From: a virus
Reading direction: 5' to 3' (one strand)
Virus record (IMG/VR): IMGVR_UViG_3300021138_002011
Location: 1 to 64,000 of that record
DNA: 64,000 nt
The notes beneath the pieces are model-generated. The model saw nothing but the letters and a program-made list of their open reading frames with translations. It did not search any database and was not told the origin of the DNA. Below, piece after piece: positions 27,612-37,625 of this stretch (positions are counted from its first letter, which is position 1; every line of letters starts with the position of its first letter). A program made the translations under genes and the position numbers.

Positions 27612-28037
27612 TTAGCTCCAAGCATTACAGCAGCCTTGTGGGCTAACTGTGCTGCCTAATTTAAACGTATCTGGGATCTTTTCGTCTAACATTGCGAAAA
27701 GATCACAGGTACCATTTTTAAACCAACTGCAATTTTCGCAACGAACCTGACCAAGGACATAACCCGATTCATCCGGGGTTACAATGTCTTGTATAGGCTG
27801 GTCGTCGTGCGGCTTACCTTGTATATATAAACCGCAACTGGCGTTGGCAACAACTTTGTCATCTTTGCCAAATATGCCGCAGCGCTCCTTACCTGGTAAG
27901 AATAGCTCACATGTACTACATTGTGCAAATTGGTCGATGGGCGTTTTTGATTCAAGATACAAAAACGCCCATCGACCAATTTTATCACCTTTTTTATACG
28001 CTTGTTCAAGAAGGCTAATTAACGATCGCATGTCCAT
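27612..28037 (-). CDS. tandem HiPIP-like Cys4 protein with MRSLISLLE leader
   Basis: Two CxxCxxF-x(4-6)-C...V....C..(Y/W) units; ATAAATA 4 nt upstream. Confidence 0.6.
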   Translation of the reverse strand: MDMRSLISLLEQAYKKGDKIGRWAFLYLESKTPIDQFAQCSTCELFLPGKERCGIFGKDDKVVANASCGLYIQGKPHDDQPIQDIVTPDESGYVLGQVRCENCSWFKNGTCDLFAMLDEKIPDTFKLGSTVSPQGCCNAWS

Positions 28038-28129
28038 ACTATATTTATTACTGGGTTAGCTTTACAACATGTTATTTTTCATGTTCTGCTATGTGCTTAC
28101 CTAGCAAATACCAACGACTTGCGGTATAA

Positions 28130-28819
28130 TTACCGACGCATTGCAGCATTATACTTATCGATAAAGTTTTTAGCTGCAATTCGTAATTCTTCTATGTCGA
28201 CATCAACTATGCTTGCATCTAGTTCTTTGCCTAGTACATAAATGTATGTTTGCATACCACTGTTTTCGCCGTTAGGGTCGGTGGCCTGTGTCATTTTTGA
28301 AAAATTACGTAGAACTAACATATCTTCCCAGTTGTTAGTCATTTCTTTAAACAAATTAGTAATTGTTGGCGGAGTTTGTTGAGGAGCAGCAATTGGCGGA
28401 GAAGGTATAATATCCCAATTATCTGACATAGTCATGTCTTTTATGGTTTTTAACAATGCCAATGCAGCGTTTGATTCGCTGTGATCGCATAATTTAAAAA
28501 GTGTTAATGTGTCCTGATCTATCTTATAAAACAGTATCACTCGTCCTTTGATAAGATGTGCATGCATAATTCCCGGAATGGCAACTTTGAGCATTCTGCC
28601 ATACGGAGCATCTTTTTTGCCAAATCTAATAGGAGGGTCAAACCATGCCTTATCTTTAAGGAATTCAGTGAAAGGTATGGTAAACTGCTCGCCGTTATTT
28701 TTTTTATAAAATTCTTGTTCTTTTTTAAAGCTGCCTTTTGTAGCTTTAATAGTTCGCGGAACAGCTCTTTGTACAGATTTGATATCTTCCTGTAATCTCA
28801 AAATTTCTTTTATTCGCAT
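28130..28819 (-). CDS. YafQ/RelE-like ribonuclease domain protein with MRIKEIL leader
   Basis: SFKK...KDAP.G...HAHL...VILFYKI....LTLFKLCDHSE. Confidence 0.6.
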   Translation of the reverse strand: MRIKEILRLQEDIKSVQRAVPRTIKATKGSFKKEQEFYKKNNGEQFTIPFTEFLKDKAWFDPPIRFGKKDAPYGRMLKVAIPGIMHAHLIKGRVILFYKIDQDTLTLFKLCDHSESNAALALLKTIKDMTMSDNWDIIPSPPIAAPQQTPPTITNLFKEMTNNWEDMLVLRNFSKMTQATDPNGENSGMQTYIYVLGKELDASIVDVDIEELRIAAKNFIDKYNAAMRR

Positions 28820-28989
28820 ATTGCAACCGCATTTTTAAACTTCTGCCATTCAGCAAGCTCTTCTGCGCTAGGCTGCAAAATTTGTTTATTAGTAGACACG
28901 CGCTGTTTTGCATTTTCTTCCCTTGCCTTTTTGCAAATACTTGCATAGACATTTTCTGTAGAAGTGTCATCGGTGTTCATGCTCATCAT
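28810..28989 (-). CDS. 59-aa protein overlapping the YafQ-like start (possible partner)
   Basis: MMSMNTDD...PSAEELAEWQKFK; ATAAATA at 29004-29010. Confidence 0.4.
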   Translation of the reverse strand: MMSMNTDDTSTENVYASICKKAREENAKQRVSTNKQILQPSAEELAEWQKFKNAVAICE

Positions 28990-29112
28990 ACCCTATTTTT
29001 TAATATTTATCTTTGACTAGATATTATGTAACATGACATTACATGTTGGTCAACCAATTTATTGTAGTCTTTGCGCAAACGCCCGTGGACAGCTTGCTGC
29101 GCATCAGTTGGT

Positions 29113-29760
29113 TTACAAAATTAGAGTCTTTTCATGACCAACTTTAATAGAAGGGTCTATCCAAATTTCGTGTCCTAGTTCTTGTGCTGACCAACAGAAC
29201 CCAACGTCTTCAGCACAGAAATCATGAAAATTACCGTCGGTTATCCATCGTGGGCGAAACCACGGATACTCCATAGTCTCTATTATACCTGCTTTAATTG
29301 CCAGAAATCCAAACCCTGTATAATTAGCAATAAACGGAGAGGTTTTTTGTTGCATAGTTTCACGATCCATAAATTTAAATGTACCAGTAGACGATAAAAA
29401 TTTAAAATCAAGGTTCTCAACTATTGGATACGAATTGCCGTCTGACATGAGATACGTACCAGAAACAATAGGTTTGTCGTGGTTGATAAGTGACATAATG
29501 TCGTCCGGTTTCCATACCATATCGCTGTCAATCCACACCATAACGTCGTAGTTAATCTGGCTATTCCACGGTTTTTGATTGCGTCCTTGCGTGTTGTTTC
29601 CGCCAAGTAGACGATTGCGAGTATAATACACAACAGGGTCGTATGTCATTGAATATGCATAACTGATTTTATTGTTCTGTAATTCTAACAGGGTAGAATT
29701 CCAGGAATTAAAATAGTTACTGCTGAATGTTTTTCCGGGCAAGCAAAACACAATTCTCAT
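29113..29760 (-). CDS. GT-A fold glycosyltransferase
   Basis: RN, WIDSD (DxD), TGFGF, EDVGFC, VGHEK. Confidence 0.85.
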   Translation of the reverse strand: MRIVFCLPGKTFSSNYFNSWNSTLLELQNNKISYAYSMTYDPVVYYTRNRLLGGNNTQGRNQKPWNSQINYDVMVWIDSDMVWKPDDIMSLINHDKPIVSGTYLMSDGNSYPIVENLDFKFLSSTGTFKFMDRETMQQKTSPFIANYTGFGFLAIKAGIIETMEYPWFRPRWITDGNFHDFCAEDVGFCWSAQELGHEIWIDPSIKVGHEKTLIL

Positions 29761-29861
29761 TTAATATCTTCCAAATATATCATACAATTTAAATTGTAGC
29801 AGGTATGTATGCCAATATACGATAACAAAAACAACGACGGCAGCCACAGGTAAATACCATT

Positions 29862-30242
29862 ATGCATAGAATATTATTAGTTACACTTTTAATCCTACCT
29901 GGGTGTGCAGTTAAATTTAGCCAAGCTAACTATGAACGTATTGTTAATGTAGCTGTAACTAGTAGAGACCAGGATGTTGTATGTGCGACTAAAGATTCTA
30001 CCAAAATTTATTTTGAAATGATGCATAAAGATACTGTATATGCACTTGAAGACAGTGCAGGCAGAGGCGATACAGATCTAGTTAAGATGCTGTCAGGTCA
30101 GTTAGAAGAAATTGAACGATTTCAAACCATGCTTGCAAAAGGTCCAGTGAGTATGTTTTTTTGCAAACAAAAGGTTCGCAACATATACGATACAGCTAGA
30201 CTAATTTCGATAGAAGAAGGGAATAAGTTGAAACTACCATGA
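29862..30242 (+). CDS. putative lipoprotein
   Basis: Signal peptide with lipobox LPGC; TAAATA 5 nt upstream. Confidence 0.65.
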   Translation: MHRILLVTLLILPGCAVKFSQANYERIVNVAVTSRDQDVVCATKDSTKIYFEMMHKDTVYALEDSAGRGDTDLVKMLSGQLEEIERFQTMLAKGPVSMFFCKQKVRNIYDTARLISIEEGNKLKLP

Positions 30243-30493
30243 GTCAAATAATGAATAATTTGAGTGTTCTTGCAGCAAGTTCATCACAAATGGTTGCTAG
30301 AAATGCAATGCAGGCAATTCAATATCAACAGGCATTAGACCAACAACAAATATCTCAAACAGAATATCTAGATTTGATGCAAGACCTTGCTGCAATGGTT
30401 CGTGTTGCAGAAGCAGCAGATGATCTAAATAATAAGATATTGCTAGAGCAATGTTTAAATGCTGCTATCACAGTTGCTGGTGCTGTATACTGA
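30239..30493 (+). CDS. small helical protein coupled to the lipoprotein
   Basis: ATGA overlap; ISQTEYLDLMQDL. Confidence 0.6.
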   Translation: MSQIMNNLSVLAASSSQMVARNAMQAIQYQQALDQQQISQTEYLDLMQDLAAMVRVAEAADDLNNKILLEQCLNAAITVAGAVY

Positions 30494-30563
30494 CACATTT
30501 GAATTTCCGTAACTATAGCTTAGATACCGTCATAGTTGAGTCTGTAACCGGGGATGATACAGG

Positions 30564-30845
30564 TCATTTAATGTATGGGGAATAAAATACAGTAGTAAGA
30601 GTTGGTGTCTCAGCAAATGTCAGTAGATAGTCAACCAAATCTTCTTGCTGCTGAAAATATATCAACGTATATGGCCAGAATATGGAGTTGCTGCTACTGT
30701 ACCCAGGGTCTGTTTTTATTACGACCGACCCGGCTCTGTGTTCAAGCCATGCAGTGAATTCGTTGGACAGTTGTCTAGACCCGTTGTTTTCCAAATATGT
30801 TCCATTGCGTATAGCGCTGGCATACCAGCCTGTTATGTCCTCCAT
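30564..30845 (-). CDS. small protein of the W..G / F....Y.L.F family
   Basis: TAWLEHRAG...IYFQQQEDLVDYLLTF. Confidence 0.55.
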   Translation of the reverse strand: MEDITGWYASAIRNGTYLENNGSRQLSNEFTAWLEHRAGSVVIKTDPGYSSSNSIFWPYTLIYFQQQEDLVDYLLTFAETPTLTTVFYSPYIK

Positions 30846-31549
30846 GGAAAGCCTCCCGGATACCGTTGTTGCATTATTTGATTTCCTTGAATAAAAAACT
30901 CAGCATTTACTGAGTTAGGATTTCCATCTAGCCTGTAGCAAACGGTCGATTTGCCAGTGCATCCAAAGTTTGGTACATGATGCGTAATAATAGAATAGAA
31001 CCTGCGATCGCCGCCCCAACCACTATACCAAGCAGATGCAAGATTAACAATTACATCTTTACGTATACAGTATGTTGATGTGTCTACCAAATGATGTTGA
31101 TCACTTACATATATTGGCCAGCGTCCGAGACTTTCACAGTCGTCTTCGCATATGTATCTCCCTCGAGCATCATGAATTTTACGTAGTCCGTGACACCATT
31201 GCCAGTTATTTTTTTCACAACACTCAACCATGGTGTTGACATGGTGCGGCTCAAACCAATTGTCTTGATCTAGATACAAAATGTAATCATGATCAAACAA
31301 ATAACTAACAGCCGCATAAATTCTGTGGCCGTACCAGCCGTTGCGGCCGGTATTGGCAGGCAAGACCATGGTTTTAACTGTGGGATATTTTACAAGTATG
31401 CTCTCGGCATTGTTTTTAAAGTTTGGCCCATCTATTATCACCCATACTTCGGTGTTGCGGTATGTTTGAGATACCGCACTACATACAGCATCTTCAAGAG
31501 TAGACGATCCTGTGGTAGGAATTACAATTAACGCGGATTTTTCTGACAT
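30833..31549 (-). CDS. GT2 glycosyltransferase
   Basis: IVIPT, SQTY, IDG, YLDQDN, VDTS, GGDRRF. Confidence 0.88.
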   Translation of the reverse strand: MSEKSALIVIPTTGSSTLEDAVCSAVSQTYRNTEVWVIIDGPNFKNNAESILVKYPTVKTMVLPANTGRNGWYGHRIYAAVSYLFDHDYILYLDQDNWFEPHHVNTMVECCEKNNWQWCHGLRKIHDARGRYICEDDCESLGRWPIYVSDQHHLVDTSTYCIRKDVIVNLASAWYSGWGGDRRFYSIITHHVPNFGCTGKSTVCYRLDGNPNSVNAEFFIQGNQIMQQRYPGGFPWRT

Positions 31550-31579
31550 GTACTAAGATAATTGAAAATACAATTAAGG

Positions 31580-32545
31580 TCAAGCTGCTTGTTGGTGGCA
31601 CCGTTCAATAATAACACGGTTACCTATTTTGTTTAAAACCAGGCCTTTTACTGAGAGTTGATTTCTATTGTCTAGGCTGGCGTTCAGCAAGCCGTTGGCA
31701 AACTGCTCTACTTGTCCAATACTGAAGCTGTACACTTGGGCCTGTCCAAGCAATCTCAACAGCATATTTTTGATTCGCAGATATCCAAGATCCTTAATTT
31801 TATACCAATCCATTGAGCCGTCTGCTAAGGTTACAGCAGACAAGTCAATATCTGCCAGCGCAGTAGTTAGTTGCCATGCTTCTTCTAGATGTTTGATACT
31901 GCGAATTGTATTGATATCTGCAATTCCAAACTTGTCCATAATGGCTGGCCAAACACAATTGCGGATATAATTTCTATCGTATTTGTTATCTAAATTGCTT
32001 GGATCCTCAACCCCTACCACATGGTTCTCTTCTGCCCAAAGCTCAATTTGAGACCTAGGCACGTCTAACATAGGCCGAATAACTGCGATGTTGGTATCGT
32101 ACCAACACGGCGAGTTAGCAACCATGCTTTTAAGCCCACGAATACCACTGCCTCGAAAAAGTTTAAGAAAGAAATTTTCACATTGATCATTTGCATGATG
32201 CGCTAAAATAATGCTGTCTGCATTGCTTTCGCAAAAAGCTTTATATCTTGCTTTTCGCGCTGCATACTCAAGATTGTTACCAAGCCCGTCGAGACTAACT
32301 TTAACAACAGTGCATTGAAATCCCAACGCTTTGCACTCTTTTTTTACAAACTCGGCCCATTTATCACTGTCTTGATGAATACCATGGTCGATATGCATAG
32401 CTGTTAATTCGCATTGCAATAGCTTGCGATTGGCTGCAAACCAATGCAACATAGTGATGCTATCTATGCCACCGCTTACCCCGATTACAGCTTTTTTGCA
32501 GTTAGCCAGCAACGCAGACACATGGGTAATATCTAACAGGTCCAT
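31580..32545 (-). CDS. tilS: tRNA(Ile)-lysidine synthetase
   Basis: SGGIDS PP-loop, DHG, ARKARY, AHHANDQCE, RGSG..GL, RPML, DPSN, RNYIR. Confidence 0.93.
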   Translation of the reverse strand: MDLLDITHVSALLANCKKAVIGVSGGIDSITMLHWFAANRKLLQCELTAMHIDHGIHQDSDKWAEFVKKECKALGFQCTVVKVSLDGLGNNLEYAARKARYKAFCESNADSIILAHHANDQCENFFLKLFRGSGIRGLKSMVANSPCWYDTNIAVIRPMLDVPRSQIELWAEENHVVGVEDPSNLDNKYDRNYIRNCVWPAIMDKFGIADINTIRSIKHLEEAWQLTTALADIDLSAVTLADGSMDWYKIKDLGYLRIKNMLLRLLGQAQVYSFSIGQVEQFANGLLNASLDNRNQLSVKGLVLNKIGNRVIIERCHQQAA

Positions 32546-32619
32546 TTAGTCCTCCTGTTTATAATTTAGCATTAATTTGTTAAAGTGTCAACAGTTGATG
32601 TACATAACCGCAAATTGCT

Positions 32620-33090
32620 TTAGTGTCTGTTTCTGTGTATATCTTTTTGTTCTTCCACAAACTTCTTAAGCAGTTCTGCGGACAAATCGTGGTTGATTAG
32701 CTGCTCAACACCCCAGTGCAGCGGTGAAGGGAGATTTGACAAATCGCACCAAGTATAATTTGAACTTTCGTAATTTAACTGTGGTTTAAATTCGTGTTTT
32801 ACAGTACAAGCAAATGTGTAAAATTTAAAGCGAGGGGCATGCATCTCGTTTGTATAGATAAGTTTGAAAGGATTATCGCCTACATCAAACCCTATTTCTT
32901 CGTGAATCTCTCTGCGCGCTGCTTCTTCTGGTGTTTCTCCGTAATCAACTCCGCCGCCAGGCAAACTCCACGTAAGTGGCACTGGTACGTATTCGCTGCG
33001 CTCGATTAATAAAAATCGATCAGTCTCTCGGCAGAATATAAGACACCCTGCTCCTTCTTTTTTTTGGGTTCGTAAATCTTTAGCTTTCAT
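32620..33090 (-). CDS. Nudix hydrolase
   Basis: GGGVDYGETPEEAARREIHEEIG. Confidence 0.9.
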   Translation of the reverse strand: MKAKDLRTQKKEGAGCLIFCRETDRFLLIERSEYVPVPLTWSLPGGGVDYGETPEEAARREIHEEIGFDVGDNPFKLIYTNEMHAPRFKFYTFACTVKHEFKPQLNYESSNYTWCDLSNLPSPLHWGVEQLINHDLSAELLKKFVEEQKDIHRNRH

Positions 33091-33098
33091 ATTAATAT

Positions 33099-34457
33099 TT
33101 ACCGCTCGACGTTGTGAAGCTTTTTGAGTGCAGAAACTTCTTGTCGATATATTGCACGCATTTTAGCAGGATCGTCTAGTATTGCTTGATAATCTTTTAT
33201 TGTAGAACTAAGTTCTGCAATGGTTGACAGTACATCATTGTATGCATCTTGTGCCCACCGATAGCTAGGTAGTGCAGCAAGCCTGTCTTGTTGATGTTCG
33301 TCGATTACAATTTTAGCTGTTATCTCTTTTATTTTAGTAATGATTTCAGCTCGATTTTTTGCCTTAGGAAGGAATGCTGGCAATCCTTTATCATAGCACA
33401 ACTTTAGTGCTTGATTCCAGTTTAATTGGTATGTTGCGTCGGCTATTAGCTTTTTATAACGAACTGCATAAAATGACACACGCCATTCTACAAAGTCTCG
33501 TACCAACTTTTCTACACTGTCGTATTGCTTGATGTTGTTGCCATCCCAATCGAGCACAACTATTCGTTCTGTTTTTTTGCTACGTAGTTTGAGAAACTCG
33601 ATCGCCTTGCTTTCAGTCCACCCGTTGATCATTCCACGTTTAAACCGCACTTCAATTTTAATATCTTTGGTGCTGCGATCTACATAGGTTTGTATCAGTT
33701 CCTCATCTTCCATTTTATTCAATCGATCTTTGAATTTTTCAAGAGAAAGATCTGGTGGCAACTCGTGTACAATTACACTGCTGCCGTCAACTACAACCTT
33801 ACCAACAAACTCGTATGCATTATCACCTATACCTCTTACATTACAGCTAAGGTAGTCATAGTTAGGCAATATATCGGGGAATTTCTTCTTATTATCAATT
33901 GCAGCTAGTGTTGCTTCAATTAAATCGGACATGCTACGCGGCAGTATTTCAGTACTCCACCCAACTGCAATGCCGCTTACACCATTTAACAGCACAAGCG
34001 GAATTAGCGGGAGAAAATGTTTTGGTTCGAGTACCGATCCGTCGTAGTTTTCCTTAAGTGGGATAATATCGTAATCCTGATAAATCAATGCTTCGGTATG
34101 CGCGTTCTTTTTGACATATGTATAGCGAGGAGCACCCCAATCACTTGGACCAACTCTTGTACCAAACGCACCAATACCGCTTAACAACGGAACGTTGTTG
34201 CAATATGGTGCAGCCATGAGAGAAATGGTATCGCATGCGGCCGCGTCGCCGTGCAGGTAGATGTTCTCGCTTATAAGACGGCCTGCCAGTGAGATTGTTT
34301 TAAGTTTTTCATTTTGGGTTTTCATCACAAATAGTGCTTTACGCTGGGCATCTTTAAGTCCATCGCTAACGGATGGAATTCCCCGGCTTTGACAGACATA
34401 GATTGAGTATTCTCTACTGGTGTCTTTGATAAAGGTGGTTGTGTCTGCATAAGTCAT
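33099..34457 (-). CDS. type II topoisomerase cleavage subunit (T4 gp52-like)
   Basis: RGIPSVSDGLK..QRK, YLHGD, APRY catalytic Tyr, NG.SGIAVGW. Confidence 0.93.
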   Translation of the reverse strand: MTYADTTTFIKDTSREYSIYVCQSRGIPSVSDGLKDAQRKALFVMKTQNEKLKTISLAGRLISENIYLHGDAAACDTISLMAAPYCNNVPLLSGIGAFGTRVGPSDWGAPRYTYVKKNAHTEALIYQDYDIIPLKENYDGSVLEPKHFLPLIPLVLLNGVSGIAVGWSTEILPRSMSDLIEATLAAIDNKKKFPDILPNYDYLSCNVRGIGDNAYEFVGKVVVDGSSVIVHELPPDLSLEKFKDRLNKMEDEELIQTYVDRSTKDIKIEVRFKRGMINGWTESKAIEFLKLRSKKTERIVVLDWDGNNIKQYDSVEKLVRDFVEWRVSFYAVRYKKLIADATYQLNWNQALKLCYDKGLPAFLPKAKNRAEIITKIKEITAKIVIDEHQQDRLAALPSYRWAQDAYNDVLSTIAELSSTIKDYQAILDDPAKMRAIYRQEVSALKKLHNVER

Positions 34458-34618
34458 AATTCGTTCCTTAAAATTTCTTCATTGCACATAATAAAATGCA
34501 CCATTGCGTCTTGTGTTTGAAACACAGCATAACAGGTTACACATGTTGTCAGCCATTCAATGCAACCCAGATCTTCCTGTCATCTGCTCGCGATCCATTA
34601 AAACAACTAAATAAAAAT

Positions 34619-35563
34619 ATGAAAGAATTATCCAACTGTTTATCTTCTAATGATCAATACAATGAGCGTACTCGCATCTTCATTGAAAAAGCAATAGAGG
34701 TCCATCAAAATCTTTATTCATATGACACTACAGTTTATGTCCATAGTCATAAGAAGGTTGAAATAACCTGTCGTATCCATGGGGTATTTTCGCAAGTAGC
34801 GTCTAATCATATACAAGGGTTCGGTTGCCGAATGTGTCAATATGCTGCAAAAAGAATGAACTATACCAAATATAGAACTATAGATGAGATAAAATCTGTA
34901 ATCAACAAAAAGTTTCCAATCTTTTTAATTTTGGATATACAAGGTATCAATTTCAAATCAAAGGTGCATCTAGAATGTCCGCATCATGGAAAGTTTCAGT
35001 GCACAGTTTCTGCGATCCATCATAGCTCACGATTTTTGTGCAAACGATGTTCTCATGAATATGCGAGCAAAAACGCAACTATGAAGCAGGATGAGTTTAT
35101 TAAAAGATGTGTTGAGAAACATGGCGATACGTATGATTACTCAAAAACGGTATATCGCCATTCTCATAAAAAAGTCATTTTCATTTGTAGAAAACACGGT
35201 GAGTTTGAGCAATATGTTAGCGCCCATTTGACTGGGTCAGGCTGTCCTCAGTGTCGATACCGGGTTTCAAAGAACTCTACAAAATGGTTAGACAGCTTGA
35301 ACAATCAGAATATCAAATGTGAACAACACGTTGAAGGTAAATTTGTGGATGGACTTGACCCATCCACGAATACGATATACGAATTTTATGGTGATTACTG
35401 GCACGGAAATCCAAAAGTGTTTGATACTCAACTCTACAATAAAAGAACCAAATGTACGATGGGAGAACTCTACCAAAGAACTGTTGATCGTAGATCGTAC
35501 CTGGAATCAAAAGGATACACTGTGATAGAGATATGGGAATCTGACTTCATTTGTGTAACTTGA
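34619..35563 (+). CDS. free-standing homing endonuclease (Vsr-like) with CxxHGxF repeats
   Basis: Three CxxHGxF..H...CxxC units; YEFYGDYWHG...GY.VIEIWESD; start 5 nt after TAAATA. Confidence 0.85.
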   Translation: MKELSNCLSSNDQYNERTRIFIEKAIEVHQNLYSYDTTVYVHSHKKVEITCRIHGVFSQVASNHIQGFGCRMCQYAAKRMNYTKYRTIDEIKSVINKKFPIFLILDIQGINFKSKVHLECPHHGKFQCTVSAIHHSSRFLCKRCSHEYASKNATMKQDEFIKRCVEKHGDTYDYSKTVYRHSHKKVIFICRKHGEFEQYVSAHLTGSGCPQCRYRVSKNSTKWLDSLNNQNIKCEQHVEGKFVDGLDPSTNTIYEFYGDYWHGNPKVFDTQLYNKRTKCTMGELYQRTVDRRSYLESKGYTVIEIWESDFICVT

Positions 35564-36275
35564 TCCACTCTTTTCTCTCATCAGCTTTGTTGTGATTAAA
35601 AATAAGGTCTAGCGCCTCTGACAATTTCCCATCATCCAACAAGGGCACTAGTTTTGGATTGGCAAGGCTATGTATCCAATCAGTTTCCTCAAGGCTACCA
35701 AGTCCTTTGGCACGTGTTGGTTTTGGTGCACCTTTCCAATCATCTGCATTATAAGTTTGATAGTCATCTGCATACCAATAATAACGCTTTTTACCTTTTT
35801 CTTGGATGATAAATGGAGTTTGAAAGACATAGAATACTGGAGGTAGTTTAGGATCGAACAGCTCGGGCCAATGAAGATAGAAAAAGTTTACCAGCAGTGC
35901 TGTAATGTTTGCGCCATCGGGATCTTGGTCTGCAGCTAGATATACATTGCCATAGCGCATGTCTTTTCGATTGGCTTTTTGTCCTAGACCTACTCCTACA
36001 GCAGTCATAATGTCTGCAATAATTTGATTATCAATGACAGTCTTGGGCAATTCTCCTCTAACATTAAGGATTTTACCTCGCAAAGGTAGTGCTCCGTGAA
36101 TTTCCGGATTTCTTACCGCAGCTACCATGCTCTTAGCACTATTGTGACTGAGTAGACCATTTGATAACACAAACGTTTCGTCATCTAATACTTGTATGTC
36201 GTACATGTTTGTTTTTCCTATCGGAGAGATATCTGCAATGTCTTCCATTAAAAACAAACTTTCATTAACATTCAT
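35547..36275 (-). CDS. topoisomerase large subunit C-fragment preceded by IntC
   Basis: 45-aa IntC ending SHN, then SAK...PLRGKILNV, DQDPDG, KGLGS (TOPRIM). Confidence 0.92.
   Translation of the reverse strand: MNVNESLFLMEDIADISPIGKTNMYDIQVLDDETFVLSNGLLSHNSAKSMVAAVRNPEIHGALPLRGKILNVRGELPKTVIDNQIIADIMTAVGVGLGQKANRKDMRYGNVYLAADQDPDGANITALLVNFFYLHWPELFDPKLPPVFYVFQTPFIIQEKGKKRYYWYADDYQTYNADDWKGAPKPTRAKGLGSLEETDWIHSLANPKLVPLLDDGKLSEALDLIFNHNKADERKEWIKLHK
36141..36275 (-). mobile_element. split intein C-fragment (topoisomerase)
   Basis: MYDIQV..DETFVLSNGLLSHN|S, blocks F/G. Confidence 0.9.
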
Positions 36276-37573
36276 TTTTGTATAGCTCCGTTTATAATAT
36301 CAGTTATTGTTTTTTTATAGTCTTTTGGATCAAGTATTATTGATCCAAATGTATGTTCTTTTTTCTTCATATGATCTTTGTATTCTTGCGAATCGCCGCC
36401 GGCAATTTCAATATAAATATTCTGCGATACCATCCATATATCATAAAATAAGCTACTATTTGGATATTTTCCATTAATCATAAAATCATCAAATTCCGTT
36501 AACCCTAGAGAACATAAATAATCATAGATTCTAATCTCATTAAAACTCTTGAGAATCGTTCCTTTATCTGTGTATGAATAGCAGCTATAATTATTATGAA
36601 ATATTTTACGAAGATTTTTTCTATAATCTGGCAGTATTTCTCTAATATTGTTTTCAATTTCAACTACAGACACTCCAAAAAAATCTTTTGCAACTTCGTA
36701 AAATTTATAGAATTTCAATTCTTTTTCTAAATTGAACATATGATATTGATACGTTTGACAGTCCTCAACTATGTTAGCAACTCGTTCGATGAATGTATCA
36801 AACAATTCGATATTATATTCATAATCATCTCTTTTAATATGTGCTCGTAAGTAATACTCAGTTCCTTTAATTTTTCCGTATTTTTTGATATAAGAAATAA
36901 GGCTGATATTTGTGCCGTCTTTCCATTTGTTATATTTTAGTAACCCTTCTTGTGCTCCATATTTTTTTATGAAATTGTCTAAAGTGATCGCCTTTCTTTG
37001 CTGAACAGCATTCCACATCGATTCTCTGTTGCTATCGATATATCCTTGATAGCTACGAGAATAATTGGCTTTATTAATCCACGCATTACGATCTTTATCA
37101 TTCTCTTCGAACCATTTCTTTGAACGACTTTGCGATTTCTTATAATCATTTATATTTTGATGATTTTCTTTATAGAATGGGCTGCTATTTCGACCATGAA
37201 TTTTTTCTAATGCTGCTGTTTCATTGATTCCATATGCTTTTCTTACAAATTCTATACTGTTTTTGTTTAATTTCTTACTTTCACAATTGTTTTTTGCAAA
37301 ACAAAGGAACTGCGCAGTGTGTCTGCGTCTCACTCCAGTTGGTATGATACAACCGTTGTTCACATAATGATTTATACCGATAATATCATGATTAAAATCA
37401 CCGCACCATGCACATCTTAATTCATGATGTTTTATATCCCATATCTTAAGATAACTGAATATTGATATATTTTTTCTTGTCAATGTTGCTCGTAACCGAA
37501 TACTTCTATCATGTTCAGTATTCTTTGATCGAAAACTGATATTCAATTTTTCACATGTAAATTCACATAACAT
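36272..37573 (-). CDS. putative homing endonuclease between the topoisomerase fragments
   Basis: AT-rich; (F/Y)IKKYG..G repeats; C-terminal KSFNE...YDI......IEIAG PD-(D/E)xK-like. Confidence 0.75.
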   Translation of the reverse strand: MLCEFTCEKLNISFRSKNTEHDRSIRLRATLTRKNISIFSYLKIWDIKHHELRCAWCGDFNHDIIGINHYVNNGCIIPTGVRRRHTAQFLCFAKNNCESKKLNKNSIEFVRKAYGINETAALEKIHGRNSSPFYKENHQNINDYKKSQSRSKKWFEENDKDRNAWINKANYSRSYQGYIDSNRESMWNAVQQRKAITLDNFIKKYGAQEGLLKYNKWKDGTNISLISYIKKYGKIKGTEYYLRAHIKRDDYEYNIELFDTFIERVANIVEDCQTYQYHMFNLEKELKFYKFYEVAKDFFGVSVVEIENNIREILPDYRKNLRKIFHNNYSCYSYTDKGTILKSFNEIRIYDYLCSLGLTEFDDFMINGKYPNSSLFYDIWMVSQNIYIEIAGGDSQEYKDHMKKKEHTFGSIILDPKDYKKTITDIINGAIQK

Positions 37574-37625
37574 GGTATTATATCGCCCTCTGTCATTATT
37601 GTTTATTTAGTATAGAGGGTGACAA

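Noticed and set aside
29862-30493. Spanin pair
   Set aside because: The lipoprotein comes first and the partner lacks an N-terminal TM, unlike the i-spanin/o-spanin arrangement
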